From Haliotis rubra (Eukaryota), in NCBI RefSeq assembly GCF_003918875.1, contig NW_025767311.1, positions 248,001-312,000 of the forward strand: 64,000 nucleotides of DNA. Reading direction: 5' to 3'. This document shows positions 1 through 13,204 of this stretch, one piece after another; the stretch's first letter is position 1, and every line of letters begins with the position of its first letter. The translations under genes and the position numbers were made by a program. The notes beneath the pieces are model-generated. The model searched no databases and had not been told where the DNA came from. It worked only from the letters and a program-made list of their open reading frames with translations.

Positions 1-498
1 TTTAGAAATTGACAGGATTTGATGTTTAACACTTTCAACAATTTTCCATTTACTGCATCACAAGTTTGGTCATGTGATTGCAGTGAAATCGGCGAGCTAC
101 GACTGGTACCGGCGAACAGTTGAATAGTGCACCTTTCTTTACCGCAGATCTCTACGACGGAGAAGATGTCGAACCAACGTCTAACTACTTTGCTACATCC
201 CGTCCCCTTTACTGAGTGAAACCTAATTCGTTGATCTTCTTGGGAATGAATAAAACACCACATTTATTCAGTTGACATATCAGAGGAAATTCAGTACAAT
301 GCAGAGGTTTGTGTTTAGTCCCGATGGTATCACAGATTCCATGTGTGATCTGGCTGATGGCAAGGTGCTAGGTTTGGGATCATCGATCTGTTTGTCCTAT
401 TCACACACAATAGATCTGATACACAGGCCTTTTGATCTGCAGAAGCTTATACATCCTCACTGCTGCGATGTCCTTATTAAACATGAAAGCAATATATA

Positions 499-1070
499 CA
501 CAAAGAACTTAGTTAAGCACCCCCTGACATATCTCACAATTGTATGAGCCCCGATCTTAACCCTTTCTGCACAGGGACATGATTGGTCGTCTTGTGCAAC
601 AAAGGGATTCTCCTGTACAGAACCATGCCCAATTGGAAGCTGCTTTACATGAGAAATGGCGTAGACTGTCCCTTCAGAGGATCAGGAGGCTGACAGGGGG
701 TATGAGGAGGAGAGTGCTGGCTGTCATACAGTCACATGGTGGTTACACTTGGTATTGACATTGAATCGTGTAAGGCACGCAAAATGACATTTTGAATGTT
801 CACATTCACCAATGAATTCAACATTAAACATTCCAGGGCCATACTTGTACAGATATGGTTTTGTATGAAAATCAGTGTTTTTAAAATGAGCAATCATCAT
901 CATATAATCAACATAAATTCCAATCATTTTGTCATTTTGTATGAGTCAAAGGATCATATGGGTCATAAAAACTTATGTTTTTCCATCGTGGTCCCCACGA
1001 GAAGCTTTATGTACGTGTTGAAAACCTATCATTGCAAAAATACAGGGGGTGCTTAATTAATTTCTTTGTG
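499..1070 (+). mobile_element. Internally deleted, non-autonomous Tc1-family element
   Basis: 28-bp TIRs CACAAAGAACTTAGTTAAGCACCCCCTG / CAGGGGGTGCTTAATTAATTTCTTTGTG flanked by TA (497-498, 1071-1072). Interior 547-758 encodes only the Tc1 transposase C-terminus: SPDLNP, frameshift, then DMIGRLVQQR...LEAALHEKW...MRRRVLAVIQSHGGYTWY*. Confidence 0.9.
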
Positions 1071-1620
1071 TAATATTATCGCATGCAGTAATTTTCCATT
1101 ATTACCAGAAGGACTTCGAAGAAGAAAATACGCCAGTCATTGGGTCACAGTCCGTTATTTCCCACTGCTCCGTGACAAGTCCAGAGCTATTATTATTGCT
1201 TGAAAAGTAGATTTACGTTTAGGTTCTTGCTTGTTTGTTCACAAATCCACCCCAGCTCGAAACATTCCCAAACAACCCGTATGTCATGTACCCGGATGTG
1301 TACCTTTCAGCGGATGTGACCCTTAAAGTATGGGCCTTCTATCAACCTTCGAAAACCAACTGCCCGGCAGAGACGTTTCACTGTCCGTTTTAAGGTGTAG
1401 TGACTCTGGCACTCGTGAAATCTACGGATCTCCCTGCACTTCCTTAAGTGGTGTAGAGTAAAGCATCCCCATCCTGTCCAACACTCTTGCTGAAATGAAA
1501 TAGGTAACCTCGGATTTAATGAGGATAGGAATTATTCGTATGCTAGTTGAGTCACGATTTCAGTGTTTGCTACTGGAGTTATCCTAACAATGTATTACCG
1601 AAGTTCTATAAGAATAGCAT

Positions 1621-1709
1621 GGCCCCGATCCACATAACGTTCGTAGCCTATGATAAACTATAGAGTTACGACAGGTCGTAACGTTACGAACGCTTTGTGG
1701 ATGGGGACC
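1621..1709. mobile_element. Short palindromic MITE (GGCCCC-ended, CWG-type TSD; PIF/Harbinger-like)
   Basis: Imperfect hairpin GGCCCCGATCCACATAACGTTCGTA...TACGAACGCTTTGTGGATGGGGACC with flanks CAT/CAG. Related copies at 51526-51632 and 52839-52945. Confidence 0.65.
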
Positions 1710-2991
1710 CAGGCTAGTAAATCAAGGAGACTTACGATTTTGCTTTATCTCTAGTTTTTAAGTCACCTCTGCATTGGCACACTTTACGAAAAGCGCTGTA
1801 AGATGTTTTGAGTTTCTACTTACTTCAGATTCTTGTCTTTACTGTGTTTAGAACTGTACGGCCAGACGGGTTATGTTTGGGAAGGTATGGCGTTTGTGTT
1901 GGTGATAGCATATATCAGTGCAGGCGGCTTATATCGTTAAGTCTATGCCACCACATCTAGACGGGTTATGTAGGGAAAATGTAGATCAGTGGAGATGGCC
2001 CAAGGTGAGTCATGGTATCTATAGACAGTCACGCGAGTACCAGAGTAGCTATATCAATCACGGAAACCCATGGGCGGGGGGGCCTCGGGGTAGTTACGTC
2101 TTCCACAACAACACTCACTGCCCAGCATCACAACGGAAAATCTCGTCGAAGACCTCTTTTTGAGATATGTACACATAACCCGCTTTTGATCACAGGCTAG
2201 GTGTCGATATTGTGCAGGGGTAAAAATGGCAGTGCCTGGAGGTCTGGACAGACTCGACAAGCGTGGAGTGCCTGAAATAGACGAGCACGGTAAGTTTACA
2301 CTGACAGGGCTACAAGAACATTGCGTCGATAAAAAGACTTAGGTTTTGTTTTCAACTAGAAACTTACATCTAGTGTTACTGACCCAACTTTAATTTCACC
2401 TCCTGGCACATGAGCCTTTTTATACTTTTTTCGGAACATGATGGCTGTCCAATTAAAGCATTTCTTTATTTTCAATGCAACAGTTTTGTGGAAAATCTTC
2501 AACGGCGACCATACTGCATCGTCACAGTCGTGTTACTGTCAAGCAGGTCACATGTTTTCCATGTTAAAACTTCCCACAGATTACAATGTTACAGCGGTAA
2601 TAGCCATGCGCATGACGCAATTGTTGTGATGTGATAATGTTAATGACGTCATCACTTTATGTTATGACGTATGGTTGATCATTACGTTTTCTGTTCAAAG
2701 TTTGCTCAATGCTTATGTTATATACTGTGCTCAATGTTTCAGACATGTGTAGGCCTACACAGATATAGTACATAAAAGAGGAAATCGGCTTGGAGATAGT
2801 TAATATAATATTTATTATTCAACATATTTTTTCTGTCAGTTGTTTAGATCCTGTGTTAATAAATACACGGTTGATAAGTTTTCAAACAAACATCATGGAC
2901 GAAAGCCCATGACTATAACATATTCTAAGCTCGAATGAAATTGCTATCATTTAGGACAAACCTGATTTCAAATTAGTTTAGAAATGAATCT

Positions 2992-4585
2992 CAAGTGACA
3001 AGGTAAGTGACAAGTGACAAGTGACAAGTTTATTCTGTGATAAGGCCTCATGGCCAAAAGCACATGAAAGTACATTTCAATATCGTATGCGTGGCAGCTC
3101 AAGCTGGCAGATTCAGTTTCAAGTACATGGACAGATTTTTTATATGTTCGGGATTGTTAGACGTCAACAGCTGATACAATTTTACCCTTGTAGGACACGT
3201 GAAATAATAAGGAGAGATTAGTTGCTCTCTTACATGCTTATAATATGGACAAACTAATACAAATTTATACTCATCTTCTACAAACACTCATAGTACAATT
3301 AGAGCATAAAAGTTGGTCGGTATTAATATTATTATCGTACCTTAATTTACAAATCTTTAATTTGTGTGACTGGAATCTAAATTTACCAAATAATCGTAAT
3401 AAATCTTTATGACTAAACAGTTCTACGACATATCGTTCAGTGTCTAACAAAGATTTAAAGCTAGTATAAAAGGAGAAATCACTTCTTCCCGATAGCCTAC
3501 CATGCCAATCCTGGAACTGTATATCCTTACAGCGTGTCGAAAAGGTATGCATAAATATAGCATAATTGCCAAAATCCTGTGATATCCAAACATAAGAAAA
3601 GCCCATCGAAAACAATAACATACGAACCCTGTTACCCAGTTTGCTTTACCATTACTATCACACAACTTTAGCATTTCGTAACAGGCTTTAGGATAACGAC
3701 CTGGTTGCATACAAAGAAGCCTACACCAATACCCTACACAGCGACTGAAATAACTTACACAAACTGGATATCTCCCAACATCGCCCAATACAACACGAGT
3801 CGGAGTCATTTTAGAAATATTCAAACAACTTTTAAAAAATAAACTTTGGACTTTCTCAATATCTCCTCTATAAGTGAAACCCCATATTTCCGAGCCATAT
3901 AATATTATAGGCATTTTTTTTGGTATCAAATATTTTCTGGACTACACCAAATGGGAGTGAAGGATAAACTTTAATTAATTTATAAACTGGGAACAAAACC
4001 TTCCTAGCTTGAACAGAAAGAGTTTCACAAGCCTTAGACTAAACTAATCTTGAGGAAAATACAATACCAAGATATTTGTCGTAGGTGACTATTTTAACCT
4101 CTTTACCCGAATAAAACCACTTCTTTATGCTCTTTAAATACTCTCCATTTCGAAACACTATTATATTTGATTTATCTAAGTTAACCTCTAAACCCCACTT
4201 CAAACAATAATTGTGTTAGAAATCTAATTTTTGCTGTAACCCATAAATTGAATCGTCTACCAACACTACGTCATCAGCAAACAACAACAAGAGAATATCT
4301 TCTATTTCTTCAGTGACAAAAATACCTCTTAAACTACTATTTCCAAATTCTATAGCCAACTCGTTTATGAATAGAGTGAATAGAACAGGGCTTAACATAC
4401 AGCCTTGACGAACGCCGCAAGATGTTGAAAACGATTCAGTTTTACACCTATTCATTGCTATACATGCCTTGACTTTACCATACATATCTTGCAGGAGATT
4501 ATACATTTTACCAACAACACCTTATTATGTAACACATACAATAACTTCTGCCTGTCTACAAAATCAAACGCCTTTCGAAAATCCG
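2992..4585 (-). mobile_element. 5'-truncated non-LTR retrotransposon (RTE-X-like) with frameshifted RT
   Basis: Minus-strand RT motifs DFRKAFDFVDR, GVRQGCMLSPVLF, LLFADD, ILYGSEIWG, LGDVGRYP and C-terminal LCSNC...VEDEYKFVLVCPYY zinc-knuckle region. The 3' end is AATAAA followed by a (CTTGTCA)n tail at about 2992-3033. Confidence 0.88.
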
Positions 4586-5524
4586 CCAATTTTGTTTGCT
4601 TTCGCCCGACTAAATTTTTACTCGACTCGAGCTTGCGGGCGAGCGTAAAGATCCACCAGCCCAGAAACGTCGTGGTAAACAAATACAGAAGTTGGTATCC
4701 ATAAAATTTGTCTTGTAAAACATGAAACAGATAGGTGATATTCCGTGTTATACGAGGGTGTGATGTACCGGGGACTCTGGATTACAAGTAGCAAGCTGTA
4801 ACCATAATCTTGACGAGATTCTCAGTTCGCAGTCTGCAGTGATTCTGATTTATATGGAACAGCAATGCTAAAGAGTACCCAGTCTTGACTAACCTCAGAA
4901 TCAAGATCCGTATTGATTTAAAGGGGAAAATAGTTGACAAAATTATGTGAATGGATCAGTAAACATTGGCGATGACATCAGATGTTAGCGAAAAGGGCAA
5001 GCATGTCCCGTCCCACCGATAGCTGCAGCCATTCATCAAAATTCAGCCAATATTTGGCAACAATTGGAAGCATGTTTTACCTGACGGCTGCCTGTAAAAT
5101 AGAGATTTTAAGTATAGATAAACGTTTGGAACATAGGGTCTTTGAACAACATTTACAAGAGATACACATAAAGGCAAGTCTTTATGGATGTCAACTTCTA
5201 TATTTTGTGGGACACGACGTGAATGAAAGACTAGGAAACACACAGCTATATATACAGTATATGTACACGTGAAACAACAACAGTGATAGCATAACTATTG
5301 AAGCCAGTAGTTAACTAGCACTAAATTGGTAGGGTGGATGGAGAAGGGGAAGCCAGGGATTGTTAATCCAGGCATGAATGATGAGGTAACAATGGTGGCT
5401 TTTAGAAAGGGAAAAGGAAAGAAATGGAAGCCAGAATTTAATCCAGGCTTAATTAGTGATAAGTACCAAGACAATGAGACCAGCAGTATGGTTAAAGTAA
5501 CAAGTCCCAAGCCTTAGGCAGATA

Positions 5525-6821
5525 TAGCATGACCAGAAATTATTGAGAATTTTAGGAATATGTTTCATTGGATTTCTAGTATAAACAACCTTGACCAGCT
5601 ATCAAGTGCTTGGTTTCATTCAAGAGAGACAACTCCGTTAATCCTTCTTCATTAGTTTGTGAAGAGTTATCCCCCTTTGTTTACTTGCTAGCAGACGACA
5701 TTTTCAGTGATCCTCAGTATGGATGATTTAGAGAAGTGGAAGTTGATTTTAGAGTATTATAACAAGGACATCAGATCAGCTAAAGTGATTACAAGTAGAA
5801 CAGGCATCCCTTTGTCCACTGTTTTTCGTGTTTTGAAAAATATTGCAAATGGATATGGCATTGAGCACCAGGGAGGCACAGGTAGGTCCAGAAAATTGAC
5901 TGTCGGTGACAGGAGGCGGCTTGGTATTCTTGTTTCTAAAAACAAACGAAGGAGTTTAGAAAACTTAAGGCTGGATATGATTGATAGAGAAACTGTGGCT
6001 GTCTGTAAGGAGACAATTAGATCTGAGCTGCATGCAAAGGGTTGGCAGAAAAGTCGAGGAATTCCATCACCGATCATGAAACCTGAACAAAAGGAACGAA
6101 GTTGAACTGGTGCTTACAGCATAGAAATTTTAACTGGGACAATGTGATTTTCTCAGAAGAAGGTTCCGCGTGGCTGTTTCCTAATACACTGAAATTCTGG
6201 AACAAACAAACTGAAAAACCTTTATATCAGCGCCCAAAGTACAGTCCGAAATTTAATGTGTGGGGTGGCATATCTGTTTTAGGGGCAACGCCCCTCTGTG
6301 TATTTGAAGGGAATATGAACAGTGAGGGGTACACAGATATTCTCGAGGGACATTTACTTCCATCTGCTCACGTGTTCTATGGAAAGTTTTGGATTTTCCA
6401 GCAGGACAACGACCCAAAACAACGTTCAAAGCATTCACAGGCCTGGTTTCGGACCCAAAATATGACATTATTAGATTGGCCAAGCTATAGCCCTGACCTA
6501 AATCCAATAGAAAATGTTTGGGACTTATTAAGGAAAGTGTCAATAAGAAAAATCTGACAAATATTGCTGAAATGAAAGAAGAGGTGGTCCGATATTTGGA
6601 CAGCATGGACCACGACTTTCTAACGTCTTTGGTCAGTAGTATGCCCCGCCGCATTGAAGCCTGCATTGCTGCCCATGGGGACATGACAAAATACTAACTG
6701 TTCACCTGTCTTTGAATCTGGAGTTATGTTCTGCTAATATTCACATTTAATACGTGAGTAATGAGTGAAAACAATATAAAAAATTACAATCTTAAATTCT
6801 CAATAATTTCTGGTTGTACTG
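5525..6821 (+). mobile_element. Full-length but defective Tc1 (DD34E) DNA transposon
   Basis: About 28-bp TIRs (TAGCATGACCAGAAATTATTGAGAATTT / AAATTCTCAATAATTTCTGGTTGTACTG) with TA TSD at 5523-24 and 6822-23; 1297 bp. Confidence 0.95.
5719..6697 (+). pseudogene. Tc1 transposase pseudogene
   Basis: HTH region (IPLSTVFRVL...GRSRKLT). Catalytic motifs VIFSEE (D to E), FQQDNDPK and SPDLNPIE with 34 residues between D and E. C-terminus SMPRRIEACIAAHGDMTKY*. Frameshifts near 6100 and 6530. Confidence 0.93.
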
Positions 6822-7349
6822 TATGTTCCCTGATCCCAGCTGATACTAGCAATCAACCGTGACCACGGAACATATCTGCCTAGCGCTTCTTCTGATGTTT
6901 GGGCTCTTGCAGTTTCCTTTGACGCCAGTAGTAGATGGGACTTTGGTCGCTTCCCACATGGTCCTGGTTCTTGTTAATGTGTTCACAAATAACGGATTTG
7001 AGGTCGAGTTTGTTGAAGGTCGTTTGGTGGTCCCTTGCTTTAGAAAATAAATTGGTTTTACAACACACAGGGTGGTCAGTTTAAATGTCTCGGACCAATC
7101 AAAAGCTGCTGCGACCTTGATGTAGAAGAGCTCGATGTTACAGGCACACGCGACTATTCTAATCAACGCTGATGACTTTAGTCAACTAGAATGCGTGCCT
7201 GTCGTCAAATAACATATTATTAGTTTGGAGTTATTGTCACACGTCACAACGCTGGACCTGGATATGAATATGTTCATTTGTAACATGATATGACCGAGGC
7301 TTCTGTCAGATGAAGGGGAGCTGTTATTGGGGTGTTATTAACACTGACT

Positions 7350-7960
7350 GATGGGGAGAAAGGAAGAGAGACAGAAGAATGAATATGGAAAATGTAATTA
7401 GTCAGGGGTTTTAAGTAGGGAAGAAAGAAAAAAAGTACATATTGGTGATCATATGGGAAGACACGGTGCTCTGAAGTCGGGAGAAACTAAGACGAGTATG
7501 AAATAAGAAGAAATGAGACGAAAACAATAGATGGTGGAGTGGAGTGGGTGGGAAAGAACGAAAGTAGAACATGGAAGTGAAGAAGAGAAGAGGGAAGAGT
7601 GCAGTGAGTGAAGTACGGAAGCAAGAAACAAAATACATGGGTTATGCATGAGACAGTGGGGAAGAAAATACATTTGGTGAAGAGAAATGTGGAAAAGGCA
7701 ATTTGAGATGTGAAGCCGGGAAGAAAGACATAACATATATGAAATTTGAGAGAAGGAAGAAAAGGCATTGGAGGTGAATGATAGGAATGAGAGAAAGAAG
7801 AAAGAGTAAATGGACGGGAGGAAGGGGAAATAAAATAATGGAAAGTATAGAAGAATGAAGGAAAGGAACAGCCCCCTCTGAAAAAACGGAGGACGAACAC
7901 AGTGTTTTGTGAAGTAAGGAAGCGAGAAGTATGAAGAGGGAAAGAAGGATGAAGACAGCA
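7350..7960. repeat. Purine-rich (GA) low-complexity tract
   Basis: Strong A/G bias on the + strand; the overlapping F/L/S-rich minus ORFs are compositional. Confidence 0.7.
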
Positions 7961-8529
7961 ACAATGTGATGTCTCGATATTGAGAAATGAGCTGTTCTCA
8001 AAATATTCATTTTTGTCACACAATAAAAACTGAATTTCCACAGAGAATGAAATCGATATCAATCAGATTTATGAGAAACATTATATTGCCAAGTCATCGA
8101 AAAGAACATCTTTATCAACATTTTAATATTGACACTGCCTGGTGTAATGAATTATGATGTATACAAAGCAGCAAAGCGGCAGCTGGCATCGTTGTTTGAA
8201 TTACTTGTGCGAGATTGCTCTATTTTCTAATTGCATATTGATCATGATATGAGCCCGAAAGTTGAGACTTTAGGCTCTCTATGACTGAATGATTTGTGAG
8301 ATTGGAAAGTTCATGTATTGCTATTGTTACTGTATATTGCATCCTCAAAACAATTTGTTACTAGGGAACGTAATAGACATGTGTGATATGTGTGCAATAG
8401 AACGGAGGAAGTGTTATTCTCATTAAAATGAAGAAACAGAGTCTAATTTAAAGATGTACGATTCTGTATCCTGTAAACCTAGCTAATCTCCATCTGTTGT
8501 GAAACAAATTTCACAGTTCCAATCGGTAC

Positions 8530-9605
8530 CAAAGTTCAACCTTCCCTGTCACCATTTATATCACAGGTCGACCTTCCCTCTCTCCATCCATATCACAGGT
8601 CGACCTTCCCTCTCCATCCATATCACAGGTCGACCTTCCCTGTCTCCATCTGCACCACAGGTCGACCTTCCCCGTGCCCGTATATACCACAGGTCGATCT
8701 TCCCTGTCTCCATCTATACCACCGGTCGACCTTCGCTGTCTCCATCTGCACCACAGGTCGACCTTCCCTGCCTCCATCTATACCACAGGTCGACCTTCCC
8801 CGTGCCCGTATATACCACAGGTCGACCTTCCCTGTCCCATCTATGCCACCGGTCGATTTTAGCTGTCTCCATCTGCACCACAGGTTCGATTTTCGACCTT
8901 CCCCGCTGGTCTTCCCTCTGCACCACAGATCGACCTTCCCTGCCTCCATCTATACCACAGGTCGACCTTCCCCGTGCCCGTATATACCACAGGTCGACCT
9001 TCCCTGTCTCCATCTGTAACCCTGGTCGACCTTCCCTGTCTCCATCTATGCCACAGGTCGACCTTCCCTGCCTCCATCTGTAACCCTGGTCGACCTTCCC
9101 TGTCTCCATCTATGCCACCGGTCGACCTTCCCTGTCTCCATCTGTAACCCTGGTCGACCTTCCCTGTCTCCATCTATGCCACCCTGGTCGACCTTCCCTG
9201 CCTCCATCTGTAACCCTGGTCGACCTTCCCTGTCTCCATCTATGCCACCGGTCGACCTTCCCTGCCTCCATCTGTAACCCTGGTCGACCTTCCCTGTCTC
9301 CATCTCCATCCTATGCCATCTGTAACCGGTCGACCTTCCCTGTCTCCATCTATGCCACCGGTCGACCTTCCCTGCCTCCATCTGTAACCCTGGTCGACCT
9401 TCCCTGTCTCCATCTGTAACCCTGGTCGACCTTCCCTGTCTCCATCTGTAACCCTGGTCGACCTTCCCTGTCACCATCTGTAACCCTGGTCGACCTTCCC
9501 TGTCACCATCTGTAACCCTGGTCGACCTTCCCTGTCTCCATCTATGCCACCGGTCGACCTTCCCTGCCTCCATCTGTAACCCTGGTCGACCTTCCCTGCC
9601 TCCAT
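8530..9605. repeat. 32-bp minisatellite (GGTCGACCTTCCCTGTCTCCATCTGTAACCCT variants)
   Basis: About 33 tandem units, most with a GTCGAC site; degenerate units resume at 10150-10220. Confidence 0.95.
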
Positions 9606-9609
9606 TTGA

Positions 9610-10135
9610 TTTAAGCAGTATTTTATTTCCCGAAAGACATGTCATATACATGATACATTAATAATTTACAAAGGAAAAAGGACCAGCAAACAGGCTGCAT
9701 CAGCCGATGTAAATGATTCTCCTAAACATGCACTTATAAAGAAATAGTTTTTAAATACGTTTGTGGAAATAACAAATTCAATAATTTCAAACTAAGTACA
9801 GCATTTGGTACCACACGTTACGGATAACAGTTGGTATCATTCAAGAAATTTTAAACCGATTTTATTATCAATTCGTTTTCATACTGAGACAATGATTCGT
9901 CGCCGCTTAGAATAGCATGTAAATAGCATGTCCTCATATAGAGGACACTGGAGGAAATAATGGAACGGATCCTCTTGAGTGTTTCCACAGGAGCGGGTTA
10001 GGCTGTCTGACAAACATCTATCAAACAAGTGGGAGTTAAGATCACTGCAGCCCAGGCGCAAACGGCAGAGAAGAATTTGACCTCCCCTGGGACGACACGA
10101 TATGTAATTTTTTTATGTTGGGACTGTTTAAGTGT
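9610..10135 (-). mobile_element. 5'-truncated CR1-like LINE 3' end inserted in the minisatellite
   Basis: Encodes RLGCSDLNSHLF...CGNTQEDPFHYFLQCPLY (LINE C-terminal zinc-knuckle region). AATAAAATA near the 3' end. CTCCATTTGA duplicated at 9600-9609 and 10136-10145. Confidence 0.8.
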
Positions 10136-10286
10136 CTCCATTTGACAACAGCTCGAACTTCCTTGTCACCATCTGTACCACGGGTCGACCTTCCCCGTAT
10201 CCATCTGTACCGCAGATCTCCAACAGTAAGAGTCTAGATACCACCCATGTTGTCTCCATTGCATCCGGGTAACCATGCTACCACCG

Positions 10287-10374
10287 CCCAGATAGCATTC
10301 GGACGTTGGCCCAATGTTGGCAATGTTGGCAAAACCATTGCCAACGTTGAGCCAACGCCTGAATGTTATCTGGG
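10287..10374. mobile_element. 88-bp palindromic MITE, CCCAG...CTGGG (CMC/EnSpm-like)
   Basis: 39-bp arms with few mismatches; flanks CG/CA are compatible with a 2-bp TSD after CpG decay. Confidence 0.7.
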
Positions 10375-10637
10375 CAGTATCGAGGTAACCCTAGCTGACT
10401 CTGTTTGTTTCAAGACAACCCTTGTTGTCACCAAGTATATCCACGTAGCCTTTAATCTAGGTAACCTATGCTGTCTCCAGTGTCAAGGTACCCAAGCTGC
10501 CTTCACTATATCAAGGTCGTCTTACTGGCAGCATATGTAACTGAGTGTTGCTAGCTGACACCATCTGTTTCTCGGTAAGCTATTACCAACGGTAATACTT
10601 TCATTTCTATGTTTGTCGTGTATGCAGTAATATCATT

Positions 10638-10746
10638 ACTAAACTCGCTTCCGTGAAGTACCATTTTTATTAAACTCGTGAGTATCAGATCATTAACTCG
10701 TTTGATAAATATGGTATTACACGGAAGGTCGTTTAGTATCCTCTAT
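10638..10746. mobile_element. Palindromic mini-element (Crypton-like)
   Basis: Arms TACTAAACTCGCTTCCGTGAAGTACCAT / ATGGTATTACACGGAAGGTCGTTTAGTA, ending ATCCTCTAT; family assignment is inference. Confidence 0.5.
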
Positions 10747-11261
10747 CCCTATCTTTGACATATCATCGAAATATGTTTAGTTTACATGCTAGACATAATG
10801 CCCTGACATTATGTGGATGCCTCACTCGTGTGCTGATGTCTGTAATTCTGTTGTGGTAAGACGGATGTCAGTCAACATAGATAGCAAGTTTCTATTTTCA
10901 GAACAATGAGATCCACCAACGTGTAGGAATATCTGCGTTTGTCATAACTCTTGCAATTCGAGTTGAGTTCAGATAAGGAATTTCCCCAACCTCCTTTGGG
11001 AGTTGGAAGTTGTCATGTTTATATCATTTCAAACATCTTCACTCTGTCTCCCCCGGCATAGTTCTCTGAAATAGACCCTCGACACTTAATACCCTTTCCA
11101 CGTGTGGATTCGAGCGTAAAGTAGACTGCAGAGAGTAGCCGTATGGATCCATTGTAGAATACACCTTCGCCATCTCGATACCTCCTTCCCATATGTACTT
11201 GCTGAAATAACGATTCTGCTTTTCCGTGTCAGCTTCTGTTATCACGGTGGTGTAGGTGTTC

Positions 11262-12124
11262 CATTTCTCATCACATCCTATGTCACCTACTGTTGACACA
11301 GCGCTGTTGGTGATTAAGTTGTCATCACTACCTATGTCACCTACTGTTGACACAGCGCTGTTGGTGATTAAGTTGTCATCACTACCTATGTCACCTACTG
11401 TTGACACAGCGCTGTTGGTGATTAAGTTGTCATCACTTTTTATGTCACCTACTGCTGACACAGTACTGTTGGTGATTAAGTTGTCATCACTTCCTATGTC
11501 ACCTACTGTTGATACAGCGCTGTTGGTGATTAAGTTGTCATCACTACCTATGTCACCTACTGCTGACACAGTACTGTTAGTGATTAAGTTGTCATCACTT
11601 TTTATGTCACCTACTGCTGACACAGTACTGTTGGTGATTAAGTTGTCATCACTTTTTATGTCACCTACTGCTGACACAGTACTGTTGGTGATTAAGTTGT
11701 CATCACTTTTTATGTCACCTACTGCTGACACAGTACTGTTGGTGATTAAGTTGTCATCACTTTTTATGTCACCTCATCACTACTGTTGGTGATTAAGTTG
11801 TCATCACTATGTCTGTTGACACAGTACTGTTGGTGATTAAGTTGTCATCACTTTTTATGTCACCTACTGTTGACACAGTACTGTTGGTGATTAAGTTGTC
11901 ATCACTTTTTATGTCACCTACTGTTGACACAGTACTGTTGGTGATTAAGTTGTCATCACTTTTTATGTCACCTACTGTTGACAGTACTGTTGGTGATTAA
12001 CTACTGTTACTGTTGGTGATTAAGTTGTCATCACTTTTTAATGTCACCCTTTTTATGTCACCATCTGTTGACACAGTACTGTTGGTGATTAAGTAGTCAT
12101 CACTTTTTATGTCACCTACTGTTG
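11262..12124. repeat. 54-bp minisatellite
   Basis: Unit CTGTTGGTGATTAAGTTGTCATCACTTTTTATGTCACCTACTGCTGACACAGTA, about 15 copies with internal deletions. Confidence 0.95.
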
Positions 12125-12735
12125 AGGGGACGAGGCTGGCGTCAGACTTGGTTCACTTGACCAGGAGAAAGGAGACTGGAGGAGGCGAAGCTAGCATCAA
12201 ACTACATTAACTAGACTGGAGGAGAGAAGGCTAGAATTATGCATAATGAATTATGCAATTGAGGAAGTTTGCATTCTTTATATATTTCTAACGACTATCA
12301 CAATGTCATTAAAATAAGATGTATCCTTGACACACACTCGTTTACGCTAACATATTGGGACTGGTGGGTTCATCGCTGTAACTTCCTGGTTAACAAGAAC
12401 CGATCCGATTCACTCATTGTTCACCCACTTGCTCTCAACACCCAGGTAAATGTTAATGTTTTTGAACTATAAGAAGGCAAGATCCCGTGTCTTTACTGTC
12501 CTTTCAGGCTGCTAATCGGAACTTCCTTGTTGACTTCTATTGGCAGGTTCTTTAGGTAGTCAATAAGGAAAAAGAGCAATCCATTAAAGTGTTCAGTTCA
12601 AGTTACAATACCTGCAAGGATCTTTACACAAAATGGGTTGACCTATAAGAACCCAAATCAGATTTACAAAAAATGAAAAGAATTTTAATGTTCTGAATGT
12701 ACGATTTGAACTATGATAAAAACGTCGTCCCGACA
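12120..12735. mobile_element. Probable solo LTR (Gypsy-like)
   Basis: TGT...ACA termini with short inverted similarity (TGTTGAGGGGACGA / TCGTCCCGACA) and 4-bp direct repeat CTAC (12116-19, 12736-39). Internal TATA-like (12467) and ATTAAA (about 12583) signals. Confidence 0.55.
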
Positions 12736-12973
12736 CTACACTCATGCCCACGCCAACAACCACGCCAACAACCACGCCGACTTCCACGCGCACTTGCACC
12801 AAACATATTCAGGTGACACAAACACCATCGCGGCGAAACAAACACCACGTTCTGCCGTCACACACAAAAAGGCAGGTTGAAATACAATAAATAAAAATAT
12901 TATTAATAAATGAATAAATGAGTGAGTGAGAGTGAGTGAGTGAGTGGCGCAGGCCAACACACAACGTGGCGGT

Positions 12974-12974
<1 letters not shown>

Positions 12975-13017
<43 letters not shown>
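12975..13017. repeat. (AC)n microsatellite, preceded by (GAGT)n at 12919-12945
   Basis: Direct reading. Confidence 0.95.
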
Positions 13018-13018
<1 letters not shown>

Positions 13019-13204
13019 CGCAGGTTAACAGACAAGGTGGCGGTGAGAAAGCATCAACAGCCGACTGTCATACATCTAGACTTCTCCACCAACAAACGTC
13101 AGGTTGGCATCGACTTAATCCATGAATATGTGTTGATGTGCATTTGAACCAGCACCTAAGCAAAGACTGTAGAATCTGAGGTTTCCTATCTGTCTCGCCA
13201 GACA

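Larger units (their letters stand above)
5492..7160 (-). mobile_element. Penelope-like element relic (GIY-YIG endonuclease C-terminus) interrupted by the Tc1
   Basis: Decayed minus-strand frames RDHQ...KSVICEHINKNQDH, WEATKV, YWRQRKLQE. Removing the Tc1 and one TA restores ...ISWDQGTYLPKAWDLLL*, matching the Penelope NRDxGxxLPxxW terminus. Confidence 0.65.

Noticed and set aside
5294-5325. Decayed hammerhead-like CTATTGAAGCCAGT...ACTAGC near the Penelope relic
   Set aside because: Both core boxes are mutated and it lies on the strand opposite the relic.
8499-9651. Overlapping Pro/Arg-rich ORFs
   Set aside because: The 32-bp unit is not a multiple of 3; repeat artefact.
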